DNA of 64,000 nucleotides from Macrostomum lignano (taxonomy: Eukaryota): NCBI GenBank assembly GCA_002269645.1, contig NIVC01000803.1, positions 248,001 to 312,000 of the forward strand. The letters are read 5' to 3'. A model generated the notes under the pieces. The model did not search any database. It was not told the DNA's origin and saw only the letters and a list, made by a program, of their open reading frames with translations. Positions 25,219 through 39,305 of the stretch are shown one piece after another (position 1 is the stretch's first letter; each line of letters begins with the position of its first letter). Both the position numbers and the translations under genes were made by a program.

Positions 25219-25904
25219 CATGGTTCTGAGACAAATTAATCACAAAAAGATATCAGTCCTGATCAAAGCTGGGCACAGTTTCAAACATCAAAAGGCAACT
25301 ATAATGACCTTTAAGCATCACCGTAACCAAATATAATGACCTAAATAGCCACCAGATGGGTAATAAAACAATCTACATCGAAGTTCCACTCATCCTCATT
25401 CCACTCGTACAAACAAACTAGAACTCAATCTACGAGCTCAAAGTCTCCCCATAGCTTGAATCGGTGAGGAGCGAGGGAGAGAAACTGAGGCAATCCATTG
25501 TGCCTGGAATTTTCCCCATGGGATAAACTCACCACCCCCATCAGCCGTTCCCCATAAAGCCGTGGCTACTATAAGAAAATTCCCGTTTACGCCTACAGAG
25601 GATGGGGGATTTTGATGAGAATGGACTCAGAGTAGCTATCGGATGGAGCGGAGCGGAGGGGAGAAATATCCCCGCCTTGATCCCCTGCGCGAGTTGCGTG
25701 AATGGTGAGGGATTCCTGACTCAGCACTGCTGCATGACTGACTGACTGCCCAGTTTGAGTATTAGGCGATTCGGATGGGAGAAATGGACGAGTTCGGGGA
25801 TTAAGACACCGATTGACTGATACGCCTCTTGGCTATGCAAATTCGAATGCACTGTCGAAAGCGAACCAAGCTAAGAGCTGGCTTTACTGATTCTCTGTGG
25901 TCCT

Positions 25905-26400
25905 CTGGAGGCCTGTCTCTAGTCTTCTGTCCTTCAGAGGCCTGTCTCTGGTCTCCTGTCCTTTGGAGAGCTGTCTCTAGTTTCCTGTCCTTCGGAGAGC
26001 TGTCTCCTGTCTCTAGTCTCCTGTCCTTCAGAGAGCTGTCTCTAGTCTCCTGTCCTTCGGAGAGCTGTCTCTAGTCTCCTGTCCTTCGGAGAGCTGTCTC
26101 TAGACTCCTGTCCTTCAGAGGGCTGTCTCTAGTCTCCTGTCCTTCGGAGAGCTGTCTCTAGTCTCCTGTCCTTCAGAGGGCTGTCTCTAGTCTCCTGTCC
26201 TTCGGAGAGCTGTCTCTAGACTCCTGTCCTTCAGAGGGCTGTCTCTAGTCTCCTGTCCTTCAGAGGCCTGTCTCTAGTCTCCTGTCCTACAGAAGGCTGT
26301 CTCTCGTCTCTTCAGAGGGCTGTCTCTAGTCTCTTCAGAGGGCTGTCTCTAGTCTCTTCAGAGGGTTGTCTCTAGTCTCCTGTCCTACAGGAGAGATCCT
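25905..26400. repeat. 29-bp minisatellite (CTGTCTCTAGTCTCCTGTCCTTCRGAGRG)n
   Basis: Period of 29 read directly; shortened units at the right end. Confidence 0.93.
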
Positions 26401-27322
26401 ACAGTCTCTATCCTCTTGTCCTTTAGAAGGCTTGCCATCCTTGGCACGGTCTCTACACCTTTGCACTCCAACCCTGAAGTGTCACATTCCCTCGTATATT
26501 TACTCGTAGTAACTAAATTTTCTTTTAGAAGCAAATGCATTCTGGCCTGTAATCTACAAAATACGCGCATAAATTCTTACCAACCTGGCAATGCCAGTAG
26601 AGAGCTGTTCAATACTCGGAATTCAAACTTGAACCAGACAAACTAAGCAGTGGGAGAAACTGAATGCTTTATTATTGGTTGAAGAAGTCAATCTGCTGCT
26701 TTCGCTCTAGACGTAGGGCACGCGGACTGAAATTTTAGACTCAGAAAGATGTCGGGGCCCGTTGGATTCATTACCGACAGACAGAGGCTGAAGTCACAGC
26801 AGCGCCCCGTCCCCAACTCCGAATCCGTGATTGGTCCGGTCATCATCTCTCGCCTGGTATTAGCCAGCCAGCTCCCAGACTCCCAGACTCCTCATCAACG
26901 CTTCATCCCTTCGGGAAGTGTGAGAACTCGGGAACTGGGATAAATGGGAAAATAGGAAGTATGGGAAGAGTTGTGATAAATCTGGAGTCTGGGTGAGAGT
27001 AGGGGAAAGGCGATTTTGCGCTTTCACCCCATCATTTATCCTGTCCCTGGGATCAAGCCAAGATCTCCCAGTCCGAAATTGGATGGCAAAGTGGGGGGGC
27101 GGACCGACACCCTCATTTCTGCTGCTAGAGGAAAACTGCTGAATTGAAAGGAGAGTGGCATGGATCAAGATGGCTGAAGGCGGATTCCCTTTGGGTGACT
27201 GGCGAGCACGCGTAATGGATTAGCCAGTGGGTCGGTGCGTGACGCGATGCTCGTATAGAAAACGAAAGACCAGCAAAAATTGAAGCAGATTTACAGCCAG
27301 CAGTTCACAGCCTTGTTCAGAT

Positions 27323-27943
<621 letters not shown>

Positions 27944-29234
27944 CTTCCCGGACTGCTATTACCCTTATTGCAACGAACTTAAGATGAGGGTTCCAGCCGG
28001 TCAGTGACAGTTTGAGCAAGGAAAAATTTCCCTCACCTAAACTTAATGGTATGATTTCGATGTCTATAATTATTGCATCTTGCATAAACTAGCGTATTTG
28101 TTTATTTTAATTAACTATTCTACCCAAATCAACAACCGCTACTGTAAGTAGGAAAAGTTTCTATAAAATGTATCCAGCAGCACTATAGACTAAGTGAACA
28201 AAGCCAGCAGTATCAGCGCTAAATGCGCCAGCGAAGTACACTTGGAAATGTACATCATCATCCGTGCCCTTAAACAATGCCTCTCAGTGCTGTTTAAATC
28301 TTAACAATCAAATCTCACAGAATTATTCACAGGATGCTTGATAATGGTTCCAACTACATAAAAAACTTAAAATTCGCACAGCCTACTTATGTTAGGAAAT
28401 TTATCAGTAGTACGAATTCTATTTTTTTAGAATTATGAAAGTTCTCAATTTTCTTCACTACTAGATGTAAATGCGTGATTGACGGAGAAAATTGAGCTCC
28501 ATTCTCGATATTTTCTGGTGTTGAACATTCTGGGTATTATTCTGTGGTCTAATCCTGAAATCTCGGTACACTTATAAAAGTACATTAACCTGTCCAGCTG
28601 TCCAGCAGTCAGTTGGGGTTAGGTGTGGAAGGCATCGAAGGCGGGGTGCGAAATTTCAGCTCCATCACCCAGAGATCGCTGACAAAAAATAATAAAGACC
28701 AACCGTTATCAGATGTCAGACAGGCCCGGAGCGGCGTCCCCAAGCATTCTCTGATCAATTATTCATTGCACCGAGCCCATGGCGAGGCTGCCGGCAGCTG
28801 CACAACTGGAATGGAAACGGAAAATTCCACTGAGACTGCATGTGGCTGCTGCTCAGATACTATAGCAGTGTACAGTCGCTATAAGCTTCTACATCGTTGA
28901 GTTTTCAGGCCACTCATCATGTTGCAGTCTCTCTTCATGCTTATTCGTATTTACTTTCATCGCTGCCTGACTAAACTGAATTATTCCATTCTAGCAAGTT
29001 TTGCTGAGCCAACTTCTCACTTCTGATGTAATTACACTGTAGTTTATCAGTTTAGTATCAGCGGTGAAGTCAGCCACACTTGCAGTTCGTTCAATTAAAA
29101 GTTGAGGAAGGCTGTAATTCTCTCGTTACAGTTTATCTCTCTCCACAGGGCCCAGTTTCATATAATTTACCAGCTAAATAAGCTACGAGACTACGAGCTA
29201 AAAGTTATTTTGCCTTTTAGTAGAGGCTTGATTA

Positions 29235-29942
29235 GCGAAACTTGGGAAATTTGCAACAACGTGTCCATAGTCACCTGGTGCCACCTGTTAAAGGTACCGA
29301 CGGCGTCGGGGTAATGACTGAATGCTTGACTTAACTAGCTGAGGGTGTCCAGCAGTTGAGGTTTGCAATTTATTGAAGCTTGATAAAAAATCTGACATAG
29401 TTGCAATAGGATCTTCATAGTCACCTGGTGCCACCTGTTGAAGGTGCCGACGGCGTCCGGGTGATGACGGAATGCTTGAGAGAGTAGCTGAGGATGTCCA
29501 ACAGTCGAGGATTGGCCGCTGTCGAAACTTGAGAAATTCGCATCAAGGTGTTCATAGTCACTTGGTGCCACCTGTTGAAGGTCTAGAAGCACCGCCTGGG
29601 TGAAGGCCAGTGACCAACGAAGTCAGAGCTGATGCAGACACATGTGGTCGACGTGCTGATGAAATTTGGAGGCTTGGCAAGGCTGCACTGAGACGCAGTG
29701 CTGATTGGCGTACAGTGGTGTATTGAATACACTAGGGCTTATGGGAAAAATCCGACCTTCTAACAGAATCGTCGAATATCTCGACGGTCCGGAGGGCTGG
29801 CGACTTGATTCTTGTTTTAAAAAATGCGCAACAAAAAGTTAGCCCGTGTTCTTGAATTTCATGTACCTTCGTTGCTCCGTTGCGGCCCAGCAAAAATATT
29901 GTCAGGGTGGGAATTCCCCCCCTTGTGGTAGTTCTACTGTTA
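29235..29942. mobile_element. Unclassified interspersed repeat (three 137-150-bp degenerate units plus a terminal block), related to 53190-53545
   Basis: ATAGTCACCTGGTGCCACCTGTTRAAGGT at 29267, 29417 and 29554; homology to 53190-53545 in both orientations. Confidence 0.6.
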
Positions 29943-30572
29943 ATGTGACCTAGTATGCCCATAGACATACACGGAAAAGGCAAGCAAGTTGATGATTCGG
30001 CCATAGACATCAGCACAAAGAAGGATGCCAGCAGCCGCCTCTCTAATTGAGTTCGCTGCTCACAGCTGCTTGTTTTTATCACAGTACCCAACGCACGCTT
30101 CTATGGTGCAAAAAAGCATTGCTGCAATATAGCTCGTAGTTAGTCAATTATGTCGACGCACGGCTTCGCGCGCTGGTGTCTGGGTCGTTGCTGCACTCAA
30201 AAGCCGTGGGTCAGGTCTCCATTGAAGTTATGCTTAAACATCGGCTTCTATGCAGTGATGATCAGAATTATGCACTACTACTATTTTCCTATCAAGTTCC
30301 TATATTCTCGCGAGTATGATATTTTAGACGGACTATGCAAGCCTTTGCCATTTTCATCTGAAGCTCGCGTTCTGCTGCGTCATCGTGGTGAGCGTCATTT
30401 CGTTGACCTTCAGTTGTCCCGTTCTGCTGTTGTTGTAGTTTCCTGTTGTCTATTAGTCAGATTACATTCTTCCCCGGTCTCTCTAACCCTCCCCTCTCTC
30501 TATACGTAACATTTTCCTCTACCCCTCTCCTTCCTCTGGAATCTCACTTTTCCTTCGTCAAATCTCTTTCTC

Positions 30573-30580
30573 TCTCGTTC

Positions 30581-30658
<78 letters not shown>
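30573..30658. repeat. (CT)n microsatellite
   Basis: Visible dinucleotide run. Confidence 0.95.
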
Positions 30659-30659
<1 letters not shown>

Positions 30660-31093
30660 GTTTTCGTGTCTCCTTTCAGCAAAGTAGTCTTCCCCTTCAA
30701 CTAAAAAAACTTTTGCCTGGCTCGTCAAAAGCGGCAGGCAGGAGCGGATTGGTCGCAGATGATGTCCCAAAAAATGCATGCATTGGCCCTGTGGACCAGT
30801 CGCCCTTCTCTATCCCTTTCTCCCTTTCTTCCCTCCGTCCCTCGCCAGCGTTAAGCCTCTCCACCCACGCGCTTCTTTATCGGAAACAGAGCAGGCCAAA
30901 CGGGGCCACTAGAACGGGGCTGCGGATTTTCAATCAAGAAGCATTTTATAACAGTCAAATTTGCTCTTCTTTCCGCCCAAAATTTATGCCCATTTAGCTT
31001 CTTTAAAATTTCTTCTTGCTAGAAAAGTTGGAAAAAGACATCTAGCAGTTGAAAAGCAGAAGAAAGCAGAAGAAAGCTGTTTTTGTTAGAGTG

Positions 31094-31140
31094 ATGTCGG
31101 CTGGGTCCAGGCAGCAACCGGGTGGCGACGGCGCTGAGCG
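31094..31140 (+). CDS. Harmonin-homology/PDZ gene, coding exon 1
   Basis: ATG TCG GCT...GAG CG|gtaagt (strong donor); phase 2 fits exon 2 (CG+C = Arg). Confidence 0.6.
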
Positions 31141-32679
31141 GTAAGTGGCTCAAGCGGATCTTTTCTTTCATCTTTAATCTTGAATAGCCGACTTTGGCAA
31201 TGCTTCGTGTTTGAGTATTTTGTCTTGCTCTTGATCTGCTTTTTCAGCCCTGCCTGCGCTTAATCTCAGCTCTCTGCACTTCAAATTTATTGACCTCTTC
31301 CAATTTTTACATATCCTTTTCTCTTCTTTAGCTTTGCTTGTTGTCTAATACTTTTCTCAAATTTTATGTGCGTCCATGTGCTATACCGAAAATTTGATGA
31401 TTTAATCTCCTCTCATCCCACATCCTCTCATCTTATCTTCTCTCCCATCATCCCATCTCCTCTCTCTCATCTCATCTCCTCTCCCCAGAGATTCACCCTC
31501 CTCTATTTTCCCTCCTTTCTGCTTTCCTTTCTTCGCCTCCTCTCCTCTCTTACCAAGAAAGCTGGACTCTTACTTAGGAAAATTTCCCCCAACTTCATGA
31601 GCCGCCCCGCTCATCTCCGTGTAATCAGGTGCAAAAACTGAACAATATTTTTCGAAATTGTCACGACGCAACACTATTGAATCTCTATCCATTTTAAAAG
31701 CTTCTCATTTTTATGGTGGAGCTAGAAACTACTTTTACTGCAGCTCCGAGGTAACGGGTCCGACTCTCGCCCTAAGAAGCATGGGTTCAGTCCTTAGGGC
31801 CTTGGGTATACGAAAATTGGCCCACAACGGGGAGGGTGGGGTGTTGTCGCGCGATTCACACATACGAGGGCCAACCCCCAAGGCACAAAGAGTGTACATG
31901 CCTCTGTGTTCAATTAGAAAGCCAGGACCGCTGTGCACCTTCGAACACCCAAGTTCGGTTCGTGCGGTTCACAAGGCGAAAGTTCAGCTTATCTGTAAGA
32001 AATTTATTGCTTCGAGTTCTTCGATCCCCCTCCCCAAAAATAAACATATCGAATCGCCTTGAACTCGGGAAGGACTTCTCACTTGCCTTCCCCATTTTCT
32101 CTCGTTACTCTCGGCTTAATTCTCCGCTAAGCAGCGGCAGCACCGGCCTCTAAATCTTGACTCCCCATCGCTGTCAGGCGGCCGCTTCCTTTGCTGAATT
32201 ATTGATCTGCCCCAGTGCCATGGAATTCTATTCTGAGCGATCTTTTTGAGGAACGCTCAATAAGCTCCCCCCTTGGTAGATGGGAGGACTCGCTCAACTA
32301 CTCTGGAAAGCGTGGATACCTACTAAAATTTTAACCTTGTTTTCCTCCACTCCGAGAGAGCATGGGAATGGGTAAAGTACTTCGTACTCTGCTGGTAAAT
32401 AAAGCCTTAGAGAGACTGCATGCATTGGTTGAAAAAGGTCAGGAAAACATTGGTAAACTTCCCCGTGTAAAAGTGCACAGAACTTATTGGGGGCCGTATA
32501 TCCTTGGTGACTAGATTGACTATTTCCCACCGTTTGGACTTCCGAGTATCATTATAGGCTAGCATTTGCGTGGTCCGAGATTTATAAGCAAGCAAAAAAC
32601 TAATCTAAAAAAATACGAGGTACTCGCAGAGAGCTGTGGGCACCCTGGCGCAACGTCTTCGACGACATCGTCTCACTGA

Positions 32680-32815
32680 GCGCACACAAGCACAGACACA
32701 GACATGTACACAGACACAGCACTCATGCACACGCTCACACAGGGTGTACAGCAGCCCTGACTTTCTAATCCTGTCAGGCATGCACACTGAACCTTGGGGC
32801 ACTCGGCCATCATGG
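32680..32815 (-). mobile_element. 5'-truncated SINE family A fragment
   Basis: CACGCTCACACAGGGTGTACAGCAGCCCTGACTTTCTAA...GTCAGGCATG matches the 2159 and 21463 copies. Confidence 0.8.
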
Positions 32816-32836
32816 CCCGCCCCGCTTCGGCTCCAG

Positions 32837-33347
32837 CTATGAAATTCCGGAACCTCCCGCCCGCAGCCGAGCCGCCGGGCAGCCGAGGCCGCCACCGGCA
32901 TCAGAGCGCAGCCCGAGCCTCCGCCGAGCGGCCCACCAGCTGCTCAGCCGGGAGGAATGCGCCGCGTTCAAGGCCGCTCTGCGAGCCTTCCGTGAGACCA
33001 CGACAGCTGAGCAGCTGGTGGACAGCCTGGCGCCCGTCATCGACTCGCCGAAGAAGCTGGGCTTGCTGCGCGACATCGCCCTGCTGCTGCCCGCCAGGCA
33101 GCGGGTTGACTTCGTCCGACTGGCCAAGCGGCGCTTTCCCGGCTCCGAGCGGCTGCTGCCCAGCGAACGCCGACCCGGCGACGACGGCGACGGAGACGAC
33201 GATGTCGAGGGCGACGGGCTGTCAGCGGCGTCGTCAGCAGCGGCTGAGAGCGAAAAAATCACCTTGGCGGAGAGCGGGCCGGTGCGCCGGCTCAAGGGCG
33301 AGGCGGAGCGGCCACGAATTATCAAACTGAACTCGGCCACCTTTCAG
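32837..33347 (+). CDS. Harmonin-homology/PDZ gene, exon 2 (harmonin homology domain)
   Basis: ctccag|C TAT...TTT CAG|gtgcgt; LLSREECAAFKAALRAFRETTTAEQLVDSLAPVIDSPKKLGLLRDIALLLP resembles whirlin/harmonin/delphilin HHD helices. Confidence 0.8.
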
Positions 33348-33936
33348 GTGCGTACAAATTGGCTGCCGCAGTAAACATTTTGCCTTATTAATCTCCAAAT
33401 AGCAGATGAAAGACTTTTAAGGGCTCAGTGAAAATCGGGTGTCCTTACTTAAAAAAGGTGTCCTTCCACTTTAGTTGTCCATGTACCGCAGCTGAAGTGC
33501 ATTTTCCAATAGTGCAGACGCGATCGGTTGTAAAGAAACGATCGGAAGAATGTGAAAAAGTTGAAACCCCCTTCATTTTGAGATGAGAAAGGGACGGGAA
33601 TAAAGGGAGTAAATGGAGATTCCATGTCAACTGAAGACTCAAAGCAAAGAGTTCAAAGGTGTACGAAACATCCTAAGATTCTTGCAATTCTGCTCAATCA
33701 TGTGATCTTGTGAGATTCTGCGCGAACTTTTTGTTCCATTCTAGAGGAGTCTTAAATTCACAGGAAATCACCATTTTTAATCTAAGGAGTAACCCGGATG
33801 TGATGTCTCAGCGTTTCCAGTCGAATTGCTCCGGAAAGATAGCGATTGCAGTTGGTTCTGGTTCGGAGTTTTGCTAAGGGCTCCATTCCAGTGCTTAAGC
33901 TGTTATCCCATCTTTCTCTTTTTTACTCCTGTACAG

Positions 33937-34384
33937 GTGCGCTACAGATCGCGCCTATCATCAACATCATCGACCTCGCAGTCGGCTTCTTCAGCCTCGG
34001 CCGTGTCTGTCTCAGCTTCTAATTCTTCGCAGGAGCTGCCCCGTCACCATCTTCAGCAGCAGCAGCAGCAGCAGCAAGAACAGCAACAACAACAGCAACA
34101 GGTGTCGCAAAATTCTGTCCGCGCTAGGGCCGCCTCTGTTGCGGGATTCTACAACCGGCGTGGCTCCTCAGCCGGCGCTAGCGTCTTCGGCGGGCCGCAG
34201 GACAAAGGTTTCTGGGCGTTGAACAGCCCGCGCCGTGGCCTGCAGGAGCTGCGGCGCCAGGAGAGGCTGCAGTCGATTGGCGCGGAGGCGTCGGCGTCGG
34301 CGGGGTCGGTAACAGCGAAGGTACCCAATGGGTCGACGCACTCCTTGGCGACGCCAGTGTCTAGGCCGGGTGTCAGCTTCATGC
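33937..34384 (+). CDS. Harmonin-homology/PDZ gene, exon 3 (Ser/Gln-rich)
   Basis: cctgtacag|GTG...ATG C|gtgagt; open frame; phase 0 in, phase 1 out. Confidence 0.75.
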
Positions 34385-36528
34385 GTGAGTTGCGGTTTCA
34401 TTGGGGACACAGATACCTACCTATTGTAGAAAGGCCTTGCATAGCGTGTTTCCAGCGATACACAGCGGTAGCGGTGCTCTGCAACTGTCACGCAGACAGA
34501 GACAGCTGCCTGCATGGGCTGGGAACAACGTTCTACCGATCCGGACGACTACTGTGGTAATGATTAGTAATGAATTAGTTGGCATTCCCATATGTCTCGT
34601 TCCCTCGCTCTCTCTCTCTTATCTCTCCAGCACACGCAGTTGACAGCAGTTCGTAGAGCACTTACTCAATCTCTAACATCCGGTCGCGATGTTGTCACAG
34701 AGATGTAGAGAAGCCAAGTGCATCTTTTCAAGCGCTTATTTCGTCGCAGAAATTTCATCGATATGCACGCGTGTGCATATGATATTAGCCAATAGCAGAC
34801 AGAAAGCAAAGGCACTACTATCAGGGCCTCATTTTTATTCGTACGAATTGCAATCTGCATATTGGATCGCCTACTGATCCAATGGGTATACAGCATTAGC
34901 TGCGAAATAGTGCACCATTGATTTCAAAATAGGCAAGGGACAGTGCGGAAATTCCAGACTAACACAGGAGTCAGGCTACGAGGTTGGGGCTGAATTAGGC
35001 TGGCTTGGTCATTCCGGCTTTCAAAGAGCCAGCGATCTTCAAATTAAAAGTCCAGCGCCTCCCATCCAGGCCCAGCCATTTACGACGCCGAAGAGATGAC
35101 GGGAGGAGGGCGGACCGGCCACTTTCCTAGAACTGCCAGCTGATTGAAATCTGGGGCAGAGGCGGGGCTGGAGGTTCGGGCTGGGCATCAATTTTGTCGC
35201 ACAGAGAGGGAGAGAGAGGGAGAAAGAGATGGTGAATGAATGGAATGAAAGTAAAACCGACTTTCACTGCACAGGAATCAAACAAAACATTGGAATGTAG
35301 AAAAATCGGCCCCATATGGGCGACTCCGCGGTCGGACGTCAATCCTCCAGACTAAACTAATAAAAAACGTACGGCAACATTTCAGTTGGAAATTTAAGCG
35401 CTTACGTTTGAAACAATACAGTTAACTGCAGCGTTTATAGTGCATGAGCGCATTCCGGGACAATCCATCAAGTCCTGCAAAGTCGACCCCGAGTCTGCTG
35501 AGCGGGAGAGGAAGAAAGCGGGCTGGCTTGCTCCACTCTTTCATCTTCTTTCGTGACCCGCTCTTGAGGGTTTTTGCTCTTTCGTCTCCCTTGCCAGCCG
35601 CCTGGGAGCAGCGGAAGCCGCCGAAGGGGGAGAGCGGCCCGGAGGTAAATCCGCTTACCAATAAAGAAAGAGAAAAAGTGAAGGGGAAAAGCGAGGAGTG
35701 GAGGAAATGGGGCACCGAAGCTTTGCCTTTTCTGATGTGAACCGGCCGCTGGTGTCTCCTCTTCCTTGGAAGGAAGTCGAACCGCGGAGAGCTGCTGCAA
35801 CTGCACGCTGCTGTCCCTGCGGTTCCCTTCAATCCCTCTGCCTCTGCGTGACTTGGCAGGTAAAAACAAAAATGAAGAATGGAGATGGCGACCGCTGCTA
35901 AGAAGCGAACGAATCTGTCTGGTAGCTTTTGCAATCCGACTGCGTGGCCAGTGGCTACTTTGTTTGAAAACACGAATTCGCACTGCACTTTTAGCTAAGA
36001 TTTAGTGTGCTTAGATCGTCGCCACAAAATGCTATCGAGGCCTTAGGCTGGGTTGTCAATAATGAGGTTCCGGTGCAGCTCCGATTCATCCAGTTCAGTT
36101 TTCGCTGAAGGTGTGGTTTGCTCTGGTACTAATTAAAATTAAAATTAAAATTCCGCTCTTTAAAAAACCGGAAATAGCTCGTAAGCCGGACCTGAACGGA
36201 TCGGAACCGGATGATCATGAATTAAACCTAAAATAAGTTTTTGAAACCTACTGTATAGTATAAGGCTCTGAAAGGTGCTGTTTATACAGACATGACGAGT
36301 TGGAATCAAGCAAATTCTAAACTCGTCAGTCAAAATGTCAGACGTTGACAAGCGTTCTTTCAAGTGCCTAAAATAGCAGCATATAAGACTGTAGAGCGTT
36401 TTCGATGCACTTTGAAACTTTTTTCATACATTTCAACCGCTAGGGCTTCGTGTGGAGAGTTTGTTGTTTCACTTGGCCGTAAAAACAGAGACGAAACTAA
36501 CCCTAAAACACTTATCTTTTATCCGCAG

Positions 36529-38049
36529 TGTCTGACGATGCTGGCCGATACCGAGTCCCGCCCCCCGGTCGAGCCAGCACGCCAAACAGCCCGCTCGTGC
36601 GATCCTCAGTAGCGGGAGGTCGTCTGCAGCAACAGCAGCAGCAGCAACAGGTCCGACCAAGGGCTTATTCGGTGCTCACTTCAGATGCCTCACCTGGAAT
36701 CAGGAAGCGCCAGCAGGAAGAAAATTTGTTGATAGATTTTGTTGACGCGTCTTCTGAAAAGGATCACAAAAAAGAATCTGGTACTCACCTGGCTAAGGCT
36801 CCTATTCTTAGCGATAGTAACTCTGAGGATGAGGCACGGACTAAAAAACAAGCATTTAAAGAGACACCTCAGACCGATGCAATCGTTAAAAAAACTTCGT
36901 CTGACGAGGCACCTCAAACATATAGAAAAGGTCAAAAACAATCTTCCGAAGAAACACCTCTGACCGACAGGAAAGACAACAAACCACCTTCTGAAGAGAC
37001 ACCTCAGACCGAAAGAAAGGATAAAAAATCTGCTTCGGACGAGACCCCTCAGACCGACTGGAAGGGTCACAAACCAGCTACTGAAGAGATTCCTCGGACC
37101 GAGAGAAAAGGTCACAAACCACCTTCTAACGAGACATCTCAGACCGACAAGAAAGGTCACAAAACGGTTTCTGAAGAGGCACCTCAGATCGACAAAAAGG
37201 GTAAAAGAACAGCTTCGGACAAGACACCACAGAACGACAAGAAAAGTAACAAAACATATTCTGTCCAGACACTTCAGACCGAAAGAAAATATCATAAAAT
37301 AAATTTCGGAGAGACATCCCAAACCGACAGAAAATGTCACAAGCTAGCCCCGGAAGAGACATTTGAGGCAGACAGAAAATGTGAAAAACTATCTGAAGAG
37401 ACACCACAGACCAACAAAAGAGCACAACAGCCAGCACCTAAAGAGATAAATCGGACTAAAGAAACGGCAGAGAGTATGTCATCAGAGGAAACGCAACAGT
37501 TCGGAAGCAAGGCACGACAATCAGCATCTAAAGATGCATGCCAGAGAAGCAGGGCAGATGAAGCATCGTTAGAGGTTCAAACTACCCTGATTTTAGAAAG
37601 AGTTACACAATCGGAACCTCAAGATAGGGCAAGCAAGTCAATGCTGCCCGAAGCAGCGCCCGAGAATGCACAGAACGCACAACCGAATATCCACAACGGA
37701 CCTGTGACAAACTCGGTGGCGAATGAAAAACCATTAAAGCTGTCAGCCAAAAAATCGGCCGCACAGGACGGGACGGTGAAGAAGTCGCAAACTAGCGACG
37801 AACAGCGGCGTAGCAGCAGCAGCAGTCGTCGGCGCCATCGGGACGGCGGCAGTCGCTGGACACAGACGGAACCACCCGCCCAGCTAGAGACCGCCGCCTG
37901 CCAGACGGAGGAGAATCAAACAATAGCGGACTCAGCCGTGCCGAATACTCGGAATTGCGATTTCCGGCGGCAATTGGCGGAGAGCTCCGATTACGGCGGA
38001 TGTAACAGCGATTTCGATCGACAACAGCTGGATAGCGGATCTCGACAAG
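36529..38049 (+). CDS. Harmonin-homology/PDZ gene, exon 4 (large, with 15-aa repeats)
   Basis: atccgcag|TG...CAA G|gttggg; 1521-nt open frame within ORF 36528..38285; phases fit exons 3 and 5. Confidence 0.7.
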
Positions 38050-38778
38050 GTTGGGATTTTTTTTCGGATCATAAGTGTCATTGCTATACTAGTGTCAGGT
38101 TTCCTATGAAGATTTTCCTGAGGCATCCGGTGTCGCTTTCTAGTAAAGTATTAAGGGTCAGGATCCTGGCAGTGCCCAGAGTTGAAACTCCTAATTCTTA
38201 CTTCATGTGTTGGGATAAAGTACTCGTAATTATGTTAGAACTGAATGAATTCAGTAATAACATCTGTAGCAGGGAAATTCATTAGCATTGCACGAGCAGC
38301 TGCCAGTAGAAATTCCTCAAAAAGCATCAATCCTCTAAAATGCGTTCTAAAAAACGCCTGTTTCGCGAAGCTGTCCCGGTTTCAATCCATTAAAAAGTCA
38401 AACTGAATAAAACTGCGTCAAATGATTTTCAGCTTGAAATTACTTCATTAGTACCATCCTTTGCACACAACAGTCATCAACAATAGCGCAGATATCGCGT
38501 CGCCACAGTAAACAGGGCTGTTAAAGCGCCATACGTGTCGTTTAATTTTTAGGTTCGGATTGAAACAAAGTAGCAAATAGCTTTAGGGCTTCACGCTCGA
38601 GTTACTAATTCTTTCTACAGCCTGAAGCGGCATTACTTTTTGCACTTTTTAGTGATTCAACGCTTTTGAAAAAAATCTGGCTCAAATCTGCAAAATGCTC
38701 TGGTCAGACAGCGTGCTAAGCGCTTTTCGGTTTCTTATCAACTGTCAGCCGTTCCACCTTCGCTTTATCACCTTGCAG

Positions 38779-39305
38779 ACTCACTAGCTCAGGCTCGGCA
38801 GCAGCCTGCAGAGACGCAGACATCGCCAGACGCTGAGTCAGCAGCTACCGGCCTGCTTGCGTCATCGCGGTGCCGCCATCGGAGCGCAGAGCCTGAAGCC
38901 AGTTCGCCTGACGCATTTCGGGCCCCGTTCTGCGGCCAACACTCGCCACCCGTGGCTCCGGTAGTGTCACAAAGCGCCTCCATGCCAGCGGACCTGGTAA
39001 TGCAGTGGCTGGCTGGCCACATGATGGCACAGGCAGCGGCGGCTGCCGCCGCGGCTACAGCGGCTGCGACTGCTGCCGCCCAAGAGCAGGTTCAGCAGAA
39101 GCGGCAGGAAAGTTGGCGCCGAGTGACGCTCAAGCGAAACAGCGACTGCCAAAAGCTCAGTCACCAGCAAAAGCAGTCGCAGCAGCAACACCTTTTTGGC
39201 GTCTCAGTAGCTCGTGGCTGGCCAAGGGCTGCGGCGGAATCAGCTCCGCCATCGTCTACAGTACTGGTCTCTTCCGTGGTGACTGGATCGCAAGCGCACC
39301 ATCTG
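38779..39305 (+). CDS. Harmonin-homology/PDZ gene, exon 5 (N-terminal half of PDZ)
   Basis: ccttgcag|AC...CAT CTG|gtgaga; contains WRRVTLKR...LFGVSVARG...VLVSSVVTGSQAHHL. Confidence 0.78.

Noticed and set aside
35560-35650. Possible alternative first exon of the PDZ gene (GGAG|GTAAAT)
   Set aside because: Only a donor-like motif; no start codon or phase support could be established.
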